From Candidatus Babeliales bacterium (GTDB taxonomy: Bacteria > Babelota > Babeliae > Babelales > UASB340), in assembly GCA_023133515.1 (NCBI GenBank), contig JAGLWI010000005.1, positions 70,548 to 134,547 on the forward strand: a stretch of DNA of 64,000 nt, written 5' to 3'. Shown here one piece after another: positions 8,773 to 17,343 of this stretch. Below the pieces are notes generated by a model. The model searched no databases. It was not told the origin of the DNA and worked only from the letters and a program-made list of their open reading frames with translations. The position numbers and the translations under genes were made by a program. How positions within the stretch are numbered: the first letter of the stretch is position 1; the number at the start of each line of letters is the position of its first letter.

Positions 8773-9381
8773 ATGGAAAAACATATTTTGAAAGTGCTTA
8801 TGTTTGTCATTTTTAGTATGGTGTTTACTGTCAATCAATATCCACAAGATTTTCAATATCAGGATTTATCTTTTAAAAATATGATCTCTAAAGATTTAAA
8901 TTTTTTCTATTTTTATAAAACACACTTATACAAAGCAGATTTTCGATTTTCAGATTGTTACAAAACAGATTTTCGATGTGCTGATATGAGATATACTAAT
9001 TTCCGTTTTGCAAAATTACATGGAGCTAAATTACAGAAAGCAAATTTGCATGGGGCTGATTTTACTCAGGCGGATTTGGAGAACGCAGATTTAACAGGAG
9101 CGAAAATTGAAGGGATTATTGTAGGAGAGTATACCAATTTAGATGGAGTTAAGGGAATTCCAAAAGAAATATTAGACAAGCTAAAACAAACCATAAAAGA
9201 GAAGACTGTTCTTGCTGAAGAGGAGGAACGTAGACAGATAGAGTTTATCAAAAGCATTCCTGATAGGATCTTTTATTATCCAGAAAAAATTGTTTCTTTT
9301 TTGATTTCTGTTCCAAAACATGTTGCTTTAAAAATCATCGATCGGTTTTATTCTAAACAAGAAATTGTGGAAGAGTCTTGA
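8773..9381 (+). CDS. pentapeptide-repeat protein with signal-like N-terminus, module gene 2 (copy A)
   Basis: 202 aa. Repeats such as ADFRF SDCYK TDFRC ADMRY TNFRF AKLHG AKLQK ANLHG ADFTQ ADLEN ADLTG. Hydrophobic N-terminus. C-terminal motif VSFLISVPKHV is shared with copy B. Confidence 0.8.
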   Translation: MEKHILKVLMFVIFSMVFTVNQYPQDFQYQDLSFKNMISKDLNFFYFYKTHLYKADFRFSDCYKTDFRCADMRYTNFRFAKLHGAKLQKANLHGADFTQADLENADLTGAKIEGIIVGEYTNLDGVKGIPKEILDKLKQTIKEKTVLAEEEERRQIEFIKSIPDRIFYYPEKIVSFLISVPKHVALKIIDRFYSKQEIVEES

Positions 9382-9540
9382 ATAAAAATCAATTTAATTT
9401 TTCTGATCTTAATTTTTAGTATCTTTATCTTATTCTTAGAAACATTGAAACCATTTAAAAAAAATGTTAAAAAACGTTGGGTATCTTAAAAAAAGTTCAA
9501 TCAAGTTTAACAAACAAATAAAAAGAGGGAGATTCTATTT

Positions 9541-10977
9541 ATGAAACAAATATTTCGCCTATTATTTTTAGTTGTATCAATATTTTGTACTTTCAAAACA
9601 AGATGTTGTAATGAAAATATAAACTGTGGTAAATCAAAACTATATTCAGCTGCGAACAAGGGAGAATTTGAGCGTTTAAAATATTTAATTGAAGAAAAAA
9701 ATATAGATTCTAAAAGTTGTCCACTGTTATTACATTGTGTTTGTAATAGTAGTGAAGGAAATTTAGATATTGTTAAATATCTCATTGAAGAACAAGGTTT
9801 TGATCTAAATTTTGATCCTCCAAAAAGATGTTTTTATTGGTTATTTGGTCATTGTTGTATTGAATATTATAATGCTCCATTATTTTATGCATTTAAAAAA
9901 GGAAATGTTGATATAGTAAAATATCTTTTATCTAAGTTAAGGTTCCCTAAAGAATTTACCGAAACTGAATCGCAGATAACAAAAGAAAAAATTATACAAT
10001 TTACACCAAAAAATAAAATAGCAGAAAGAATTATATGCTTTTGCCAAAAAGAAGAAATAGAAAAATTAGATAAATTCCTTAAGAAACAAAAAATAAACTT
10101 AAAAATTTTTACAGAACAATATAATGATGAAATCATGAAATATATTCATATACGTAACATAAAGAGAAATTCTGACAATTTTAACTTGGATAATTTAGAA
10201 TATATTTACCCATTAGAAATAGCATTTAAATTACGATCTATAGATTTATTGAAATATCTTATTGAGGAATGCAAGCTTGATTTTACAAACACAAGACATG
10301 AAAATATTTTTTATAACTTTTTTGAAAATGCATATCATGACGATTTAGATTATAAAATATTAGATTGCACTAAATATCTTATTGAAGAATGCAAAATTGA
10401 TCCAAATATAAAGGGTTCTAATGGTGAAACTCTTTTGCACTATGTATGCCAATTTTGTTGCTGTAAAAAAAATTTAGAGGTAATTGATTATTTGATAAAA
10501 AAAGGAATAGATCCAAACATCCAAAATGAAAATGGGGATACGCCTTTACATATAGCGATAACATATAACAATATGGAAGTTATGAAACACTTAATTGAAA
10601 AGCATAATGTTGATCTAAATATAAAATCTAATGATGGAGAGACTCCTATTTTACAAATTCAAACTTCGGAGGTTCCTTTAGAAATTGTTGATTATCTTAT
10701 AAAAAAAGGTGCTGATCCAACAGTGCAAGATAAGTATGGAGTAAATATTTTACATTGTGCTTGTTGGTATGGTCGTTTAGATATAGTTAAATATCTTATA
10801 GAAATATGTAATATGGATCCATGTGTACCTCAAAAAGATGGTCGTACGGTATTGGATATTACAAAAGAATTGGCTTATAATACAAACTTTGATCGTTGGA
10901 TTCATAAAAATAAAGAAAAGTTTGAAAAGTTCAAAGTAGAGTGTTTAAAAATAATTGAGTATTTAGAGCGACTTTAA
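9541..10977 (+). CDS. ankyrin-repeat protein with signal-like N-terminus, module gene 3 (copy A)
   Basis: 478 aa. Multiple ANK units (GETLLHYVC, GDTPLHIAI, GETPILQ, NILHCACWYGRLDIVKYLIE). N-terminus MKQIFRLLFLVVSIFCTF. Confidence 0.85.
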   Translation: MKQIFRLLFLVVSIFCTFKTRCCNENINCGKSKLYSAANKGEFERLKYLIEEKNIDSKSCPLLLHCVCNSSEGNLDIVKYLIEEQGFDLNFDPPKRCFYWLFGHCCIEYYNAPLFYAFKKGNVDIVKYLLSKLRFPKEFTETESQITKEKIIQFTPKNKIAERIICFCQKEEIEKLDKFLKKQKINLKIFTEQYNDEIMKYIHIRNIKRNSDNFNLDNLEYIYPLEIAFKLRSIDLLKYLIEECKLDFTNTRHENIFYNFFENAYHDDLDYKILDCTKYLIEECKIDPNIKGSNGETLLHYVCQFCCCKKNLEVIDYLIKKGIDPNIQNENGDTPLHIAITYNNMEVMKHLIEKHNVDLNIKSNDGETPILQIQTSEVPLEIVDYLIKKGADPTVQDKYGVNILHCACWYGRLDIVKYLIEICNMDPCVPQKDGRTVLDITKELAYNTNFDRWIHKNKEKFEKFKVECLKIIEYLERL

Positions 10978-11176
10978 GAATTAAGGACCATTACATCGTG
11001 GACATAATATTATTATTAATTAAATCATAATTTAACGTTAAATCGAAATTAAATTATCTAATAAATGGCTTGTATTAATGTAAGACATTTATTAGAAATC
11101 AACAAGTTGCTCTCTTCCCGTAAAAACACTTTTTTTATCCCATAACTAATGATTGAATATCAAATAGTCTTAGACA

Positions 11177-11217
11177 TTCAAAAGAAAAGTTGCGGAAATA
11201 GTCCGATAAGGTACATT
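11177..11217 (+). promoter_or_regulatory. conserved promoter-like motif (copy 1)
   Basis: TTCAAAAGAAAAGTTGCGGAAATAGTCCGATAAGGTACATT is near-identical to 20264-20304. Reads as TTGCGG-N16-TACATT on the + strand. Confidence 0.35.
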
Positions 11218-11243
11218 TTTTCAACTTCTTAATATCATTAAAT

Positions 11244-12587
11244 TTAAATACTTTTTACATGTTTAAACTTATCTTTAAATTCTATAAGCTCAATAGGTGC
11301 CCCATTATGAATTATCATTGCTGATCTAACTCCGCCAGAAGGAGATCCTGGTTCAAGCAAAATCTCTTTGCCTTTGAGCGCCTCATCAAGATTATCAACC
11401 TCAAAAGCAACATGTGGCACCTTTCTCACAATGTCAGGTACCGTACAATCTTTTTCAAATCGCATCCACTCGATGCCATATGGACTTGTCTCAAAGCCAG
11501 ATACATATACCTTCAAGTGTTCATAATGCGTTTCCCCTGGTCTTGGTTCTGTGTATGGTATTCCAAGATGATGGTAATGCCAACCACGCTCAGCAATCAC
11601 AGCAGGAGGCTCATGTTTTAATCTTTTATGGGTTAATCGATCTTTAGGTGTTTCGGTTTTATTTTTAGGCATGTTTTCATTCTTAACTTCAATCAACTTT
11701 TCTGCTGTTTCATGCAACGTGGAGTGTCGTTCTGTTTTATACTCAAAAAACATCCAGTGTTCTGGATTTTGCTTAAAATAAGGCTCTTGAATTGGATTAT
11801 AATCCTGTGTAAACCCCCAAGCGACATAAGCCTTTTGTGCAATTTCATTTGTTATGCGAGTAGAAAGAAAAATACGCTTACACTTCTCCGGTACAATTTT
11901 TAAAATTGAACTCATAAGCAATTTTCCTAACCCACGATTTTGTTCAGATGGGACAATGGCAAAACTTGGAGATTTAATATCACCAAATGAATATGCTGGG
12001 GTAATAAAGAATTCTATAAATCCAAGCAATGCTTTTGTTTCTCCATCTTTGACTGTTACAAAAAAATGTAGATCTGGACTACTACCAAACTTTGAATAAT
12101 CCATGATATAGATCTGCTTAAGAACCAAAGGCATCATTGCTTCGACTTTTGGCCAATCTTTCGTTTTAAGTGCATTTTTAAAACCATACCATTCAGCTTC
12201 TTGGGAACTATCTTTAAAAATAGCTTCAAACGGTTTGCAATATTCATCGTATGTTTTTTGGTCTGAATGTGCTTTCAAAAATGCCACTTCTACTGGGATG
12301 TAGGCAGCGCATGCTATTTCACAAAAACTTTTCATGGTTTCTGAAAAGTCTGGTGATTGCAATGTTAACTTCTTCCATTCCAAAATAACTGGTCTATCAA
12401 ATTTATCTTTTGCTAGAAATGTACCTGATGGCCTTGATTCGGTTATTGTATTAACTTGCTTTAACCATGTAGATGTTTTTTGTGCATCGTTTTTATTATT
12501 CATTTTTTTCCTTACAATAAAATAGACACCTACGACAAGGACAAAAAACGTGACAAACCCGATTTGTTTAACAAACTTCATACTCAA
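11244..12587 (-). CDS. membrane-anchored GNAT acetyltransferase fused to a VOC/glyoxalase-like domain
   Basis: 447 aa. N-terminal TM (IGFVTFFVLVVGVYFIV). GNAT core with QNRGLGKLLM (Q/R-x-x-G-x-G/A) and AYVAWGF. C-terminal HHLGIP...VPHVAFEVDNLDEALKG...IELIEF resembles VOC-family beta-alpha-beta-beta-beta modules. The gene is visibly GC-richer than its neighbours. Confidence 0.6.
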   Translation of the reverse strand: MSMKFVKQIGFVTFFVLVVGVYFIVRKKMNNKNDAQKTSTWLKQVNTITESRPSGTFLAKDKFDRPVILEWKKLTLQSPDFSETMKSFCEIACAAYIPVEVAFLKAHSDQKTYDEYCKPFEAIFKDSSQEAEWYGFKNALKTKDWPKVEAMMPLVLKQIYIMDYSKFGSSPDLHFFVTVKDGETKALLGFIEFFITPAYSFGDIKSPSFAIVPSEQNRGLGKLLMSSILKIVPEKCKRIFLSTRITNEIAQKAYVAWGFTQDYNPIQEPYFKQNPEHWMFFEYKTERHSTLHETAEKLIEVKNENMPKNKTETPKDRLTHKRLKHEPPAVIAERGWHYHHLGIPYTEPRPGETHYEHLKVYVSGFETSPYGIEWMRFEKDCTVPDIVRKVPHVAFEVDNLDEALKGKEILLEPGSPSGGVRSAMIIHNGAPIELIEFKDKFKHVKSI

Positions 12588-12996
12588 TATCTCCTATCAT
12601 AATTTTAGTACCTTCAATTTCTTTAGTTAAACAAACGGTTATTAAAAAGATACCCATAAAAAAGCATAAATCAAATGTTCTGCTATAAGCATATAACATT
12701 GTAAATCCTTACATTTATACAGAACACTATCATGCCCCATAAAATATAAACCAATTTTTTCATGATAAACTTTTTTTCAATTTTTTTATCAACACAATTG
12801 ATACTTAATCCAAAAAGTTATTACACCTAGATTAACAAATTTAAATCTCTCTAAATAATTTTTATTCCATTACTATAAAAAAATTGATGTTGGCACAGTA
12901 ATTAGAAAATTAAAACAATGAACGAAAAACGGTCTGAATACTCTGAAAGCTAAAACCAAACTTTATAGAATTATTCCTGAATGCGTCAAGTAAGAA

Positions 12997-13070
12997 ACGC
13001 CATACTTCGCTAAAGCTTCGTATGGCACGGCCATCCTTCTTCCGCTCATGCTAAGCTTGTCAAAGCACAG
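12997..13070. repeat. GC-rich hairpin repeat (family 1 variant), left direct repeat
   Basis: ACGCCATACTTCGCTAAAGCTTCGTATGGCACGGCCATCCTTCTTCC matches 14334-14380 at 46 of 47 positions. It is followed by a decayed GCTCATGCTAAGCTTGTCAAAGCAC segment. Confidence 0.8.
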
Positions 13071-13147
13071 ATTGCACACAATAGAAAAGCCCCAACATGC
13101 AAAACGTTAGGGCTAAAAAACTGAAATCTTTTTGAAAAATAACCTTT

Positions 13148-13252
13148 CTATTGCATAAAGTCCTTTATTTTTTTTGTCATAGGCTTAAGAAGCAATAGAT
13201 AAATTAATATGATAAGAGAATATCCAATTAAAGAATGCATTAACTGATTCAT
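13148..13252 (-). CDS. possible small hydrophobic peptide (34 aa)
   Basis: Hand translation gives MNQLMHSLIGYSLIILIYLLLLKPMTKKIKDFMQ*. Below the ORF-track cutoff, with a weak RBS. Lies just downstream of the glycine-zipper gene on the same strand. Confidence 0.2.
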   Translation of the reverse strand: MNQLMHSLIGYSLIILIYLLLLKPMTKKIKDFMQ

Positions 13253-13377
13253 TTTTGTTTCTCATCAAAAAATAAATATTTAACAAGTTCTATAATTATA
13301 TGAGTTAAACAGCCTAATACTACTAGTTCATACCAATACCACATTATATAATCCAATCAAAATATATCCAATCAAAA

Positions 13378-14088
13378 TCAAATTGGACCTGTAGCTACTC
13401 CTCCTGCAATTCCTCCTGCTAATGCCATTGCAGTGGTAGTAGCTTCTATTGGTGCAGCCAATGTTGTTTCTAATGACATAACTACTAGTGCTCCAGCAGC
13501 CGGTGTGGCAACTATACTTACTACACCACCTATTGCCAAAATTGCACCATGACAAACCGCAGACGAAACAAACTTCCCAATCCAAGCACCACCAATAGCA
13601 CCCCATACACCACCACCAGAAAGCCTTACATTAAAACATAATGTATACTCTCCATTACTCTTTTGTTCGATTTTTATATAGGCACTTTCTGATAATTTTT
13701 CAAGAATTCTATTTGATTTATGTTTTTCAAGTTTAGAAATATCTTTAGTGTCAACATGCCTGATAATTTTCTCAACTTTTTCTGGAGAAACTTTTACCAT
13801 TATGACTTTTTGACCATCAATTTCTATCTCTTTTACATTTCCCAGCACTTTTTGTAGTTCTTCTGTAGAAATGTTTGATATCGCTTTGTCTACAAAACAA
13901 TTTTGAACGGTATGTAATATTCCATCATGTTTAACATAGAAAGTCTCGTCACCATGATATAATGCTATATCTCCCAAACCTCTAGAAGCACTCACATTAA
14001 ACTTGTTAATTTCAACCAATTTTGCAGAACATGTACCTAAAGAAAAAACTAAAGCTAAGGGAAAAAATACTTTTTTAAATATTTTCAT
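13378..14088 (-). CDS. secreted protein with C-terminal Gly/Ala-rich (glycine-zipper-like) hydrophobic domain
   Basis: 236 aa. Signal-like MKIFKKVFFPLALVFSLGTCSA. C-terminal about 85 aa GGGVWGAIGGAWIGKFVSS...AGGIAGGVATGPI. Confidence 0.6.
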   Translation of the reverse strand: MKIFKKVFFPLALVFSLGTCSAKLVEINKFNVSASRGLGDIALYHGDETFYVKHDGILHTVQNCFVDKAISNISTEELQKVLGNVKEIEIDGQKVIMVKVSPEKVEKIIRHVDTKDISKLEKHKSNRILEKLSESAYIKIEQKSNGEYTLCFNVRLSGGGVWGAIGGAWIGKFVSSAVCHGAILAIGGVVSIVATPAAGALVVMSLETTLAAPIEATTTAMALAGGIAGGVATGPI

Positions 14089-14333
14089 TACATCTTTCGT
14101 ATGCTTAATAACAATTTACTATCTAAAATCTGTTGATTATAAAAATTATAATATTACATAGTTGCTCCTCTTTTTTTTGTAAAAATAAACCGATGTACAA
14201 AAAAAACAATTTCATAACAGATTTTATAGATTTCAACCAAATACACAATAGAAATCTAAACAAAAAGCATTTGCTTAATATGATTTATTTGAATCACTTC
14301 AAAAGAAAAAGTTCTAAAATAATCCCAACAGGT

Positions 14334-14380
14334 ACGCCATACTTCGCTAAAGCTTCGCATGGCACGGCCATCCTTCTTCC
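14334..14380. repeat. GC-rich hairpin repeat (family 1 variant), right direct repeat
   Basis: ACGCCATACTTCGCTAAAGCTTCGCATGGCACGGCCATCCTTCTTCC, in the same orientation as 12997-13043. Confidence 0.8.
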
Positions 14381-14512
14381 ACACTCATCTCGAGAATACT
14401 ATCTTATGGTAATATTGATTATAAGTATTGCATTAGCAACTTGAATCTAGACCTTTAATTGTTATGATTAACAAAAAATTTGATAAAAGCAGAAATAGGA
14501 CAAATAAAAAAA

Positions 14513-14612
14513 GAAGGTAAAAAGTGGCTCTCTAAATACTTACGTATCTTTGAGCCGGTTAAACATTCAGCGATTTCTCGCTGAGCGCATCACACTACCT
14601 CTCCTTACCTTC
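14513..14612. ncRNA. candidate small structured RNA or further GC-rich element
   Basis: Closing stem GAAGGTAA(14513-14520)/TTACCTTC(14605-14612) encloses hairpins GGCTC...GAGCC (14526-14556) and CAGCGA-TTTC-TCGCTG (14568-14583). GC-richer than the flanks. No known RNA family recognised. Confidence 0.2.
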
Positions 14613-15123
14613 AAAATTAATTATATCAAATAGTAAATAATAAATGCAATGGTTTGGCAAAAAAAGTTCTAAATAAACTAGATATCCTTAAGTCCTAAAG
14701 TCCTAAAAACATCATTTCCTACAAGCTTTTTCGTTAATTTTTAGCTCAAAAAATGGCACAATTAAAACAATAAAACTATTTTGAAAAACACTGGAATAAA
14801 TTGCGACAATATGTCAAAACAAAAAACAATGTTTGCAATCTCACAGCTAAAAATAAAAAAGGATATTTTAATGAAGAACAATACACAATCTATTAAGTCT
14901 AACACCACAATAAAAAAGAAAAATAAAATACTAATCAATGTAAATATACAAAAAACAAACTATAGGCTATTTCTTTCTCGCTATCAATGCTATACTTATG
15001 GTTGTATATGTTATTGCTGTAGCTTTAATTTTTGATTATTCCGGATTAGGTTCTTCAAAAAAACAAAAAGTTTCGGTAATAATGATTGTAATTTTTAACC
15101 CTTTTTTATAGGAAAATTGATTT

Positions 15124-15381
15124 ATGGAAAAGCTCTATGTCGGCAACTTACCTTCTACAGCAACACAAGAAAGCGTTGAAGCTTTATTTTCTCAATATGG
15201 ACCAATTGAGAGTGTTGTACTTATCAAAGACCGAGAAACAGGCCTTTTTAAGGGATTTGGTTTTGTTGAATTCCAATCTAAAGAAGATGCTAACAAAGCG
15301 TTGGAATTAAATGGAAAAGATTTTGAAGGTCAACAACTCAAAGTAAACGTTGCTCGCCCTAAAAATCCAAATAGATACTAA
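15124..15381 (+). CDS. RRM-type RNA-binding protein
   Basis: 85 aa. RNP-2 LYVGNL and RNP-1 KGFGFVEF motifs. Confidence 0.85.
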   Translation: MEKLYVGNLPSTATQESVEALFSQYGPIESVVLIKDRETGLFKGFGFVEFQSKEDANKALELNGKDFEGQQLKVNVARPKNPNRY

Positions 15382-15405
15382 GAAAACAACATATCGTTTT
15401 TGATA

Positions 15406-15454
15406 TTGTTAAATTCAGTTTAAATAGTGCTACATTTTGAACTGAATTTAACAA
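15406..15454 (+). terminator. hairpin terminator after the RRM gene
   Basis: Perfect 15-bp stem TTGTTAAATTCAGTT / AACTGAATTTAACAA, followed by TTGTTGTTT. Confidence 0.6.
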
Positions 15455-15744
15455 TTGTTGTTTAAACTGGGTATAATTAGAATAACAGAAATTGTTAATG
15501 CATATCTTGTAAGCTTTTTTTGATAAATATCTAAAAAGCAAACTATTGGTTATATCTAACTTGCCTATTCTAACAAGGCTTCAAGTGTAGTTCCTGAGGG
15601 TTTTTAGATATGTCGTTGAACCACTTTCCATGATGCAAACAATGCACTTTTTATGCTAAATTTAGATTCCATTAAAAAAATCAAAAAAAACTTAAGCCTA
15701 AATTAAATTCATATCAAAAATAGAAAAAACGGTTTGTATATCTT

Positions 15745-15960
15745 GCTTTCGCCAAAGATTTCGTCTTCGCATAAAACTTCAACAAACAAAACCTGTCAAG
15801 CAAACTAACTATCCAAAAGTCCAAATAGAACAAATTATAATTTTCTAAATAAACTTCTTCTCTACAAGTAAAACCTACCCCCATTTTTCTTTCATATAAA
15901 CCAAGAGTAGAATAATAGTAAAGCTAAGGTTTATTCGAAAATATCTAAAATATGGGGGAT
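15745..15960 (+). promoter_or_regulatory. decayed family-1 repeat unit plus conserved 5' leader of secreted module, copy B
   Basis: GCTTTCGCCAAAGATTTCGTCTTCGCATAAAACTTC... aligns with 7674-7891 at roughly 90% by eye. TATAAT about 15834-15839, C5 15878-15882, G5 15954-15958. Confidence 0.6.
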
Positions 15961-16623
15961 ATGAAAATGAAAAAAATAGCATTTTCAATCATTTTGTTAT
16001 CATTTGTTTCTTTTGGTTTGATTCAATGTAAAAAAAATCCAATTGTAGCCAAAGACATTTCTCAACAATCTCTTGATGAACTTAAAAATAAAATGTCTGA
16101 ATTGAAAAATATGTTTAAAAAAGCAGAAGCTGAGAAAACAAAAAATCCAACAAAGAAAATTTCTGAAAAAATTCAATATCAAATTCTTGATAAAATAAAA
16201 AATATATCACATTTTCTTTTTGATCAGCTTAAGTTTGTAGCAGATAAAAGTGATAAAATTATTTCTAAAAAGTTTTTTATAGCTGCAATGTTGATAACAG
16301 CACCGGCAGTTTCTCTTTACTGCAAATTTTTTAATCCAAATTTTATTAAAAAGATAATAGAAAAAATTTCTGCTATAATTACGCATAAAGCTGGAGACGC
16401 CGGGGCATCTGCAACTAAGGGCTTCTTTAAGGGAATTGCGGAAATGGTATGGAATAATAAATTAATAACAGCATTGGTTGTTGGAGGATATGTAACGATA
16501 ACGGTTACTACAGGGATTGTAAGTGTTTTAGGTGGAAAAATGTTTGAAGTACTTGGTAGTGAATTAGGGAGTTATGTAGCCAAAAAACTACTGCCCGCAG
16601 TAGTGGAAGCGGCAGCGAAATAG
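15961..16623 (+). CDS. orphan signal-anchored protein, module gene 1 (copy B)
   Basis: The ORF track starts at 15952 (MGDMKMKK). By alignment with copy A the likely start is ATG 15961 (MKMKKIAFSIILLSFVSFGLIQC). Shares FLFDQLKF..DK.DKIISKKFFI with copy A, and the C-terminus diverges. Confidence 0.6.
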   Translation: MKMKKIAFSIILLSFVSFGLIQCKKNPIVAKDISQQSLDELKNKMSELKNMFKKAEAEKTKNPTKKISEKIQYQILDKIKNISHFLFDQLKFVADKSDKIISKKFFIAAMLITAPAVSLYCKFFNPNFIKKIIEKISAIITHKAGDAGASATKGFFKGIAEMVWNNKLITALVVGGYVTITVTTGIVSVLGGKMFEVLGSELGSYVAKKLLPAVVEAAAK

Positions 16624-16639
16624 AAAGGCAAGTGAAAAA

Positions 16640-17215
16640 ATGAAAAAAATATTTTTCATATTTGTTTTGATTATCTATTTATGTGGAGGTTCTGCTTACA
16701 CTTATGATATAAACGCCTTAGAGGAGGCGACGTCTGGATCTAAATATTTACGCTATAGCCATTTATCAGGGGCACCTCTACGCCGGATGTTTTTGTGGCA
16801 TGTTGACTTGTCCCATTCAGATTTATCATATGCTAGGTTGTCTGGGGCAGAATTACCTTATACAGATCTATATCGTGTAAACTTATCTCATGCAGATTTA
16901 TCACATGCGTTGTTGGTAAGAATAAAATTACATGAAACAAAAGTTGAAGGGGCAAACTTCTATGGAGCGATTGGCCTTACAAACGTTAAAAAGAAATATC
17001 TACGAGAACATGGTGCTATAAATGTTCCTGAGGATCGTCCAGAAGAAGAAAAAGAAATGGAAATTGTATTTAAAGCGGGGCCTTGGATTACAGGCCCACT
17101 GAATATTTCAAAAAAAGTATTATCATTTATTTTTCTAACTATTCCCAAACACATCAAAAAACAATTAATTGATAGTTGTTTTTTCGTTAAAAAAATAAAA
17201 GAAAAATCTAAATAA
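16640..17215 (+). CDS. pentapeptide-repeat protein with signal-like N-terminus, module gene 2 (copy B)
   Basis: 191 aa. Repeats VDLSH SDLSY ARLSG AELPY TDLYR VNLSH ADLSH ALLVR. C-terminal LSFIFLTIPKHI. Confidence 0.8.
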   Translation: MKKIFFIFVLIIYLCGGSAYTYDINALEEATSGSKYLRYSHLSGAPLRRMFLWHVDLSHSDLSYARLSGAELPYTDLYRVNLSHADLSHALLVRIKLHETKVEGANFYGAIGLTNVKKKYLREHGAINVPEDRPEEEKEMEIVFKAGPWITGPLNISKKVLSFIFLTIPKHIKKQLIDSCFFVKKIKEKSK

Positions 17216-17343
17216 AAATCAATTATTTTTTAGTATCTTTTTTATATTTACATAGTTTCTATTTTTTTGTACGTTTTAGTAGTTTTAAAAAATTAATTTT
17301 TAAAATATTAAAATTTTTCAATTTCTTAAGAGAAAGGTTAATA

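Noticed and set aside
13328-13606. ORF 13328..13606 (minus strand, 92 aa, Cys/Trp/Arg-rich)
   Set aside because: It is an alternative frame of the Gly/Ala-rich 3' part of CDS 13378..14088. The GC-rich Gly codons create an open overlapping frame. The longer ORF, with its signal peptide, is the plausible gene.
14133-15035. ORFs 14133..14444 and 14781..15035 in the long non-coding stretch
   Set aside because: Their composition is low-complexity and Lys/Asn/Ile-rich. The first runs through a repeat element (14334-14380). I saw no SD or motifs. I treat the region as non-coding, though this is not certain.
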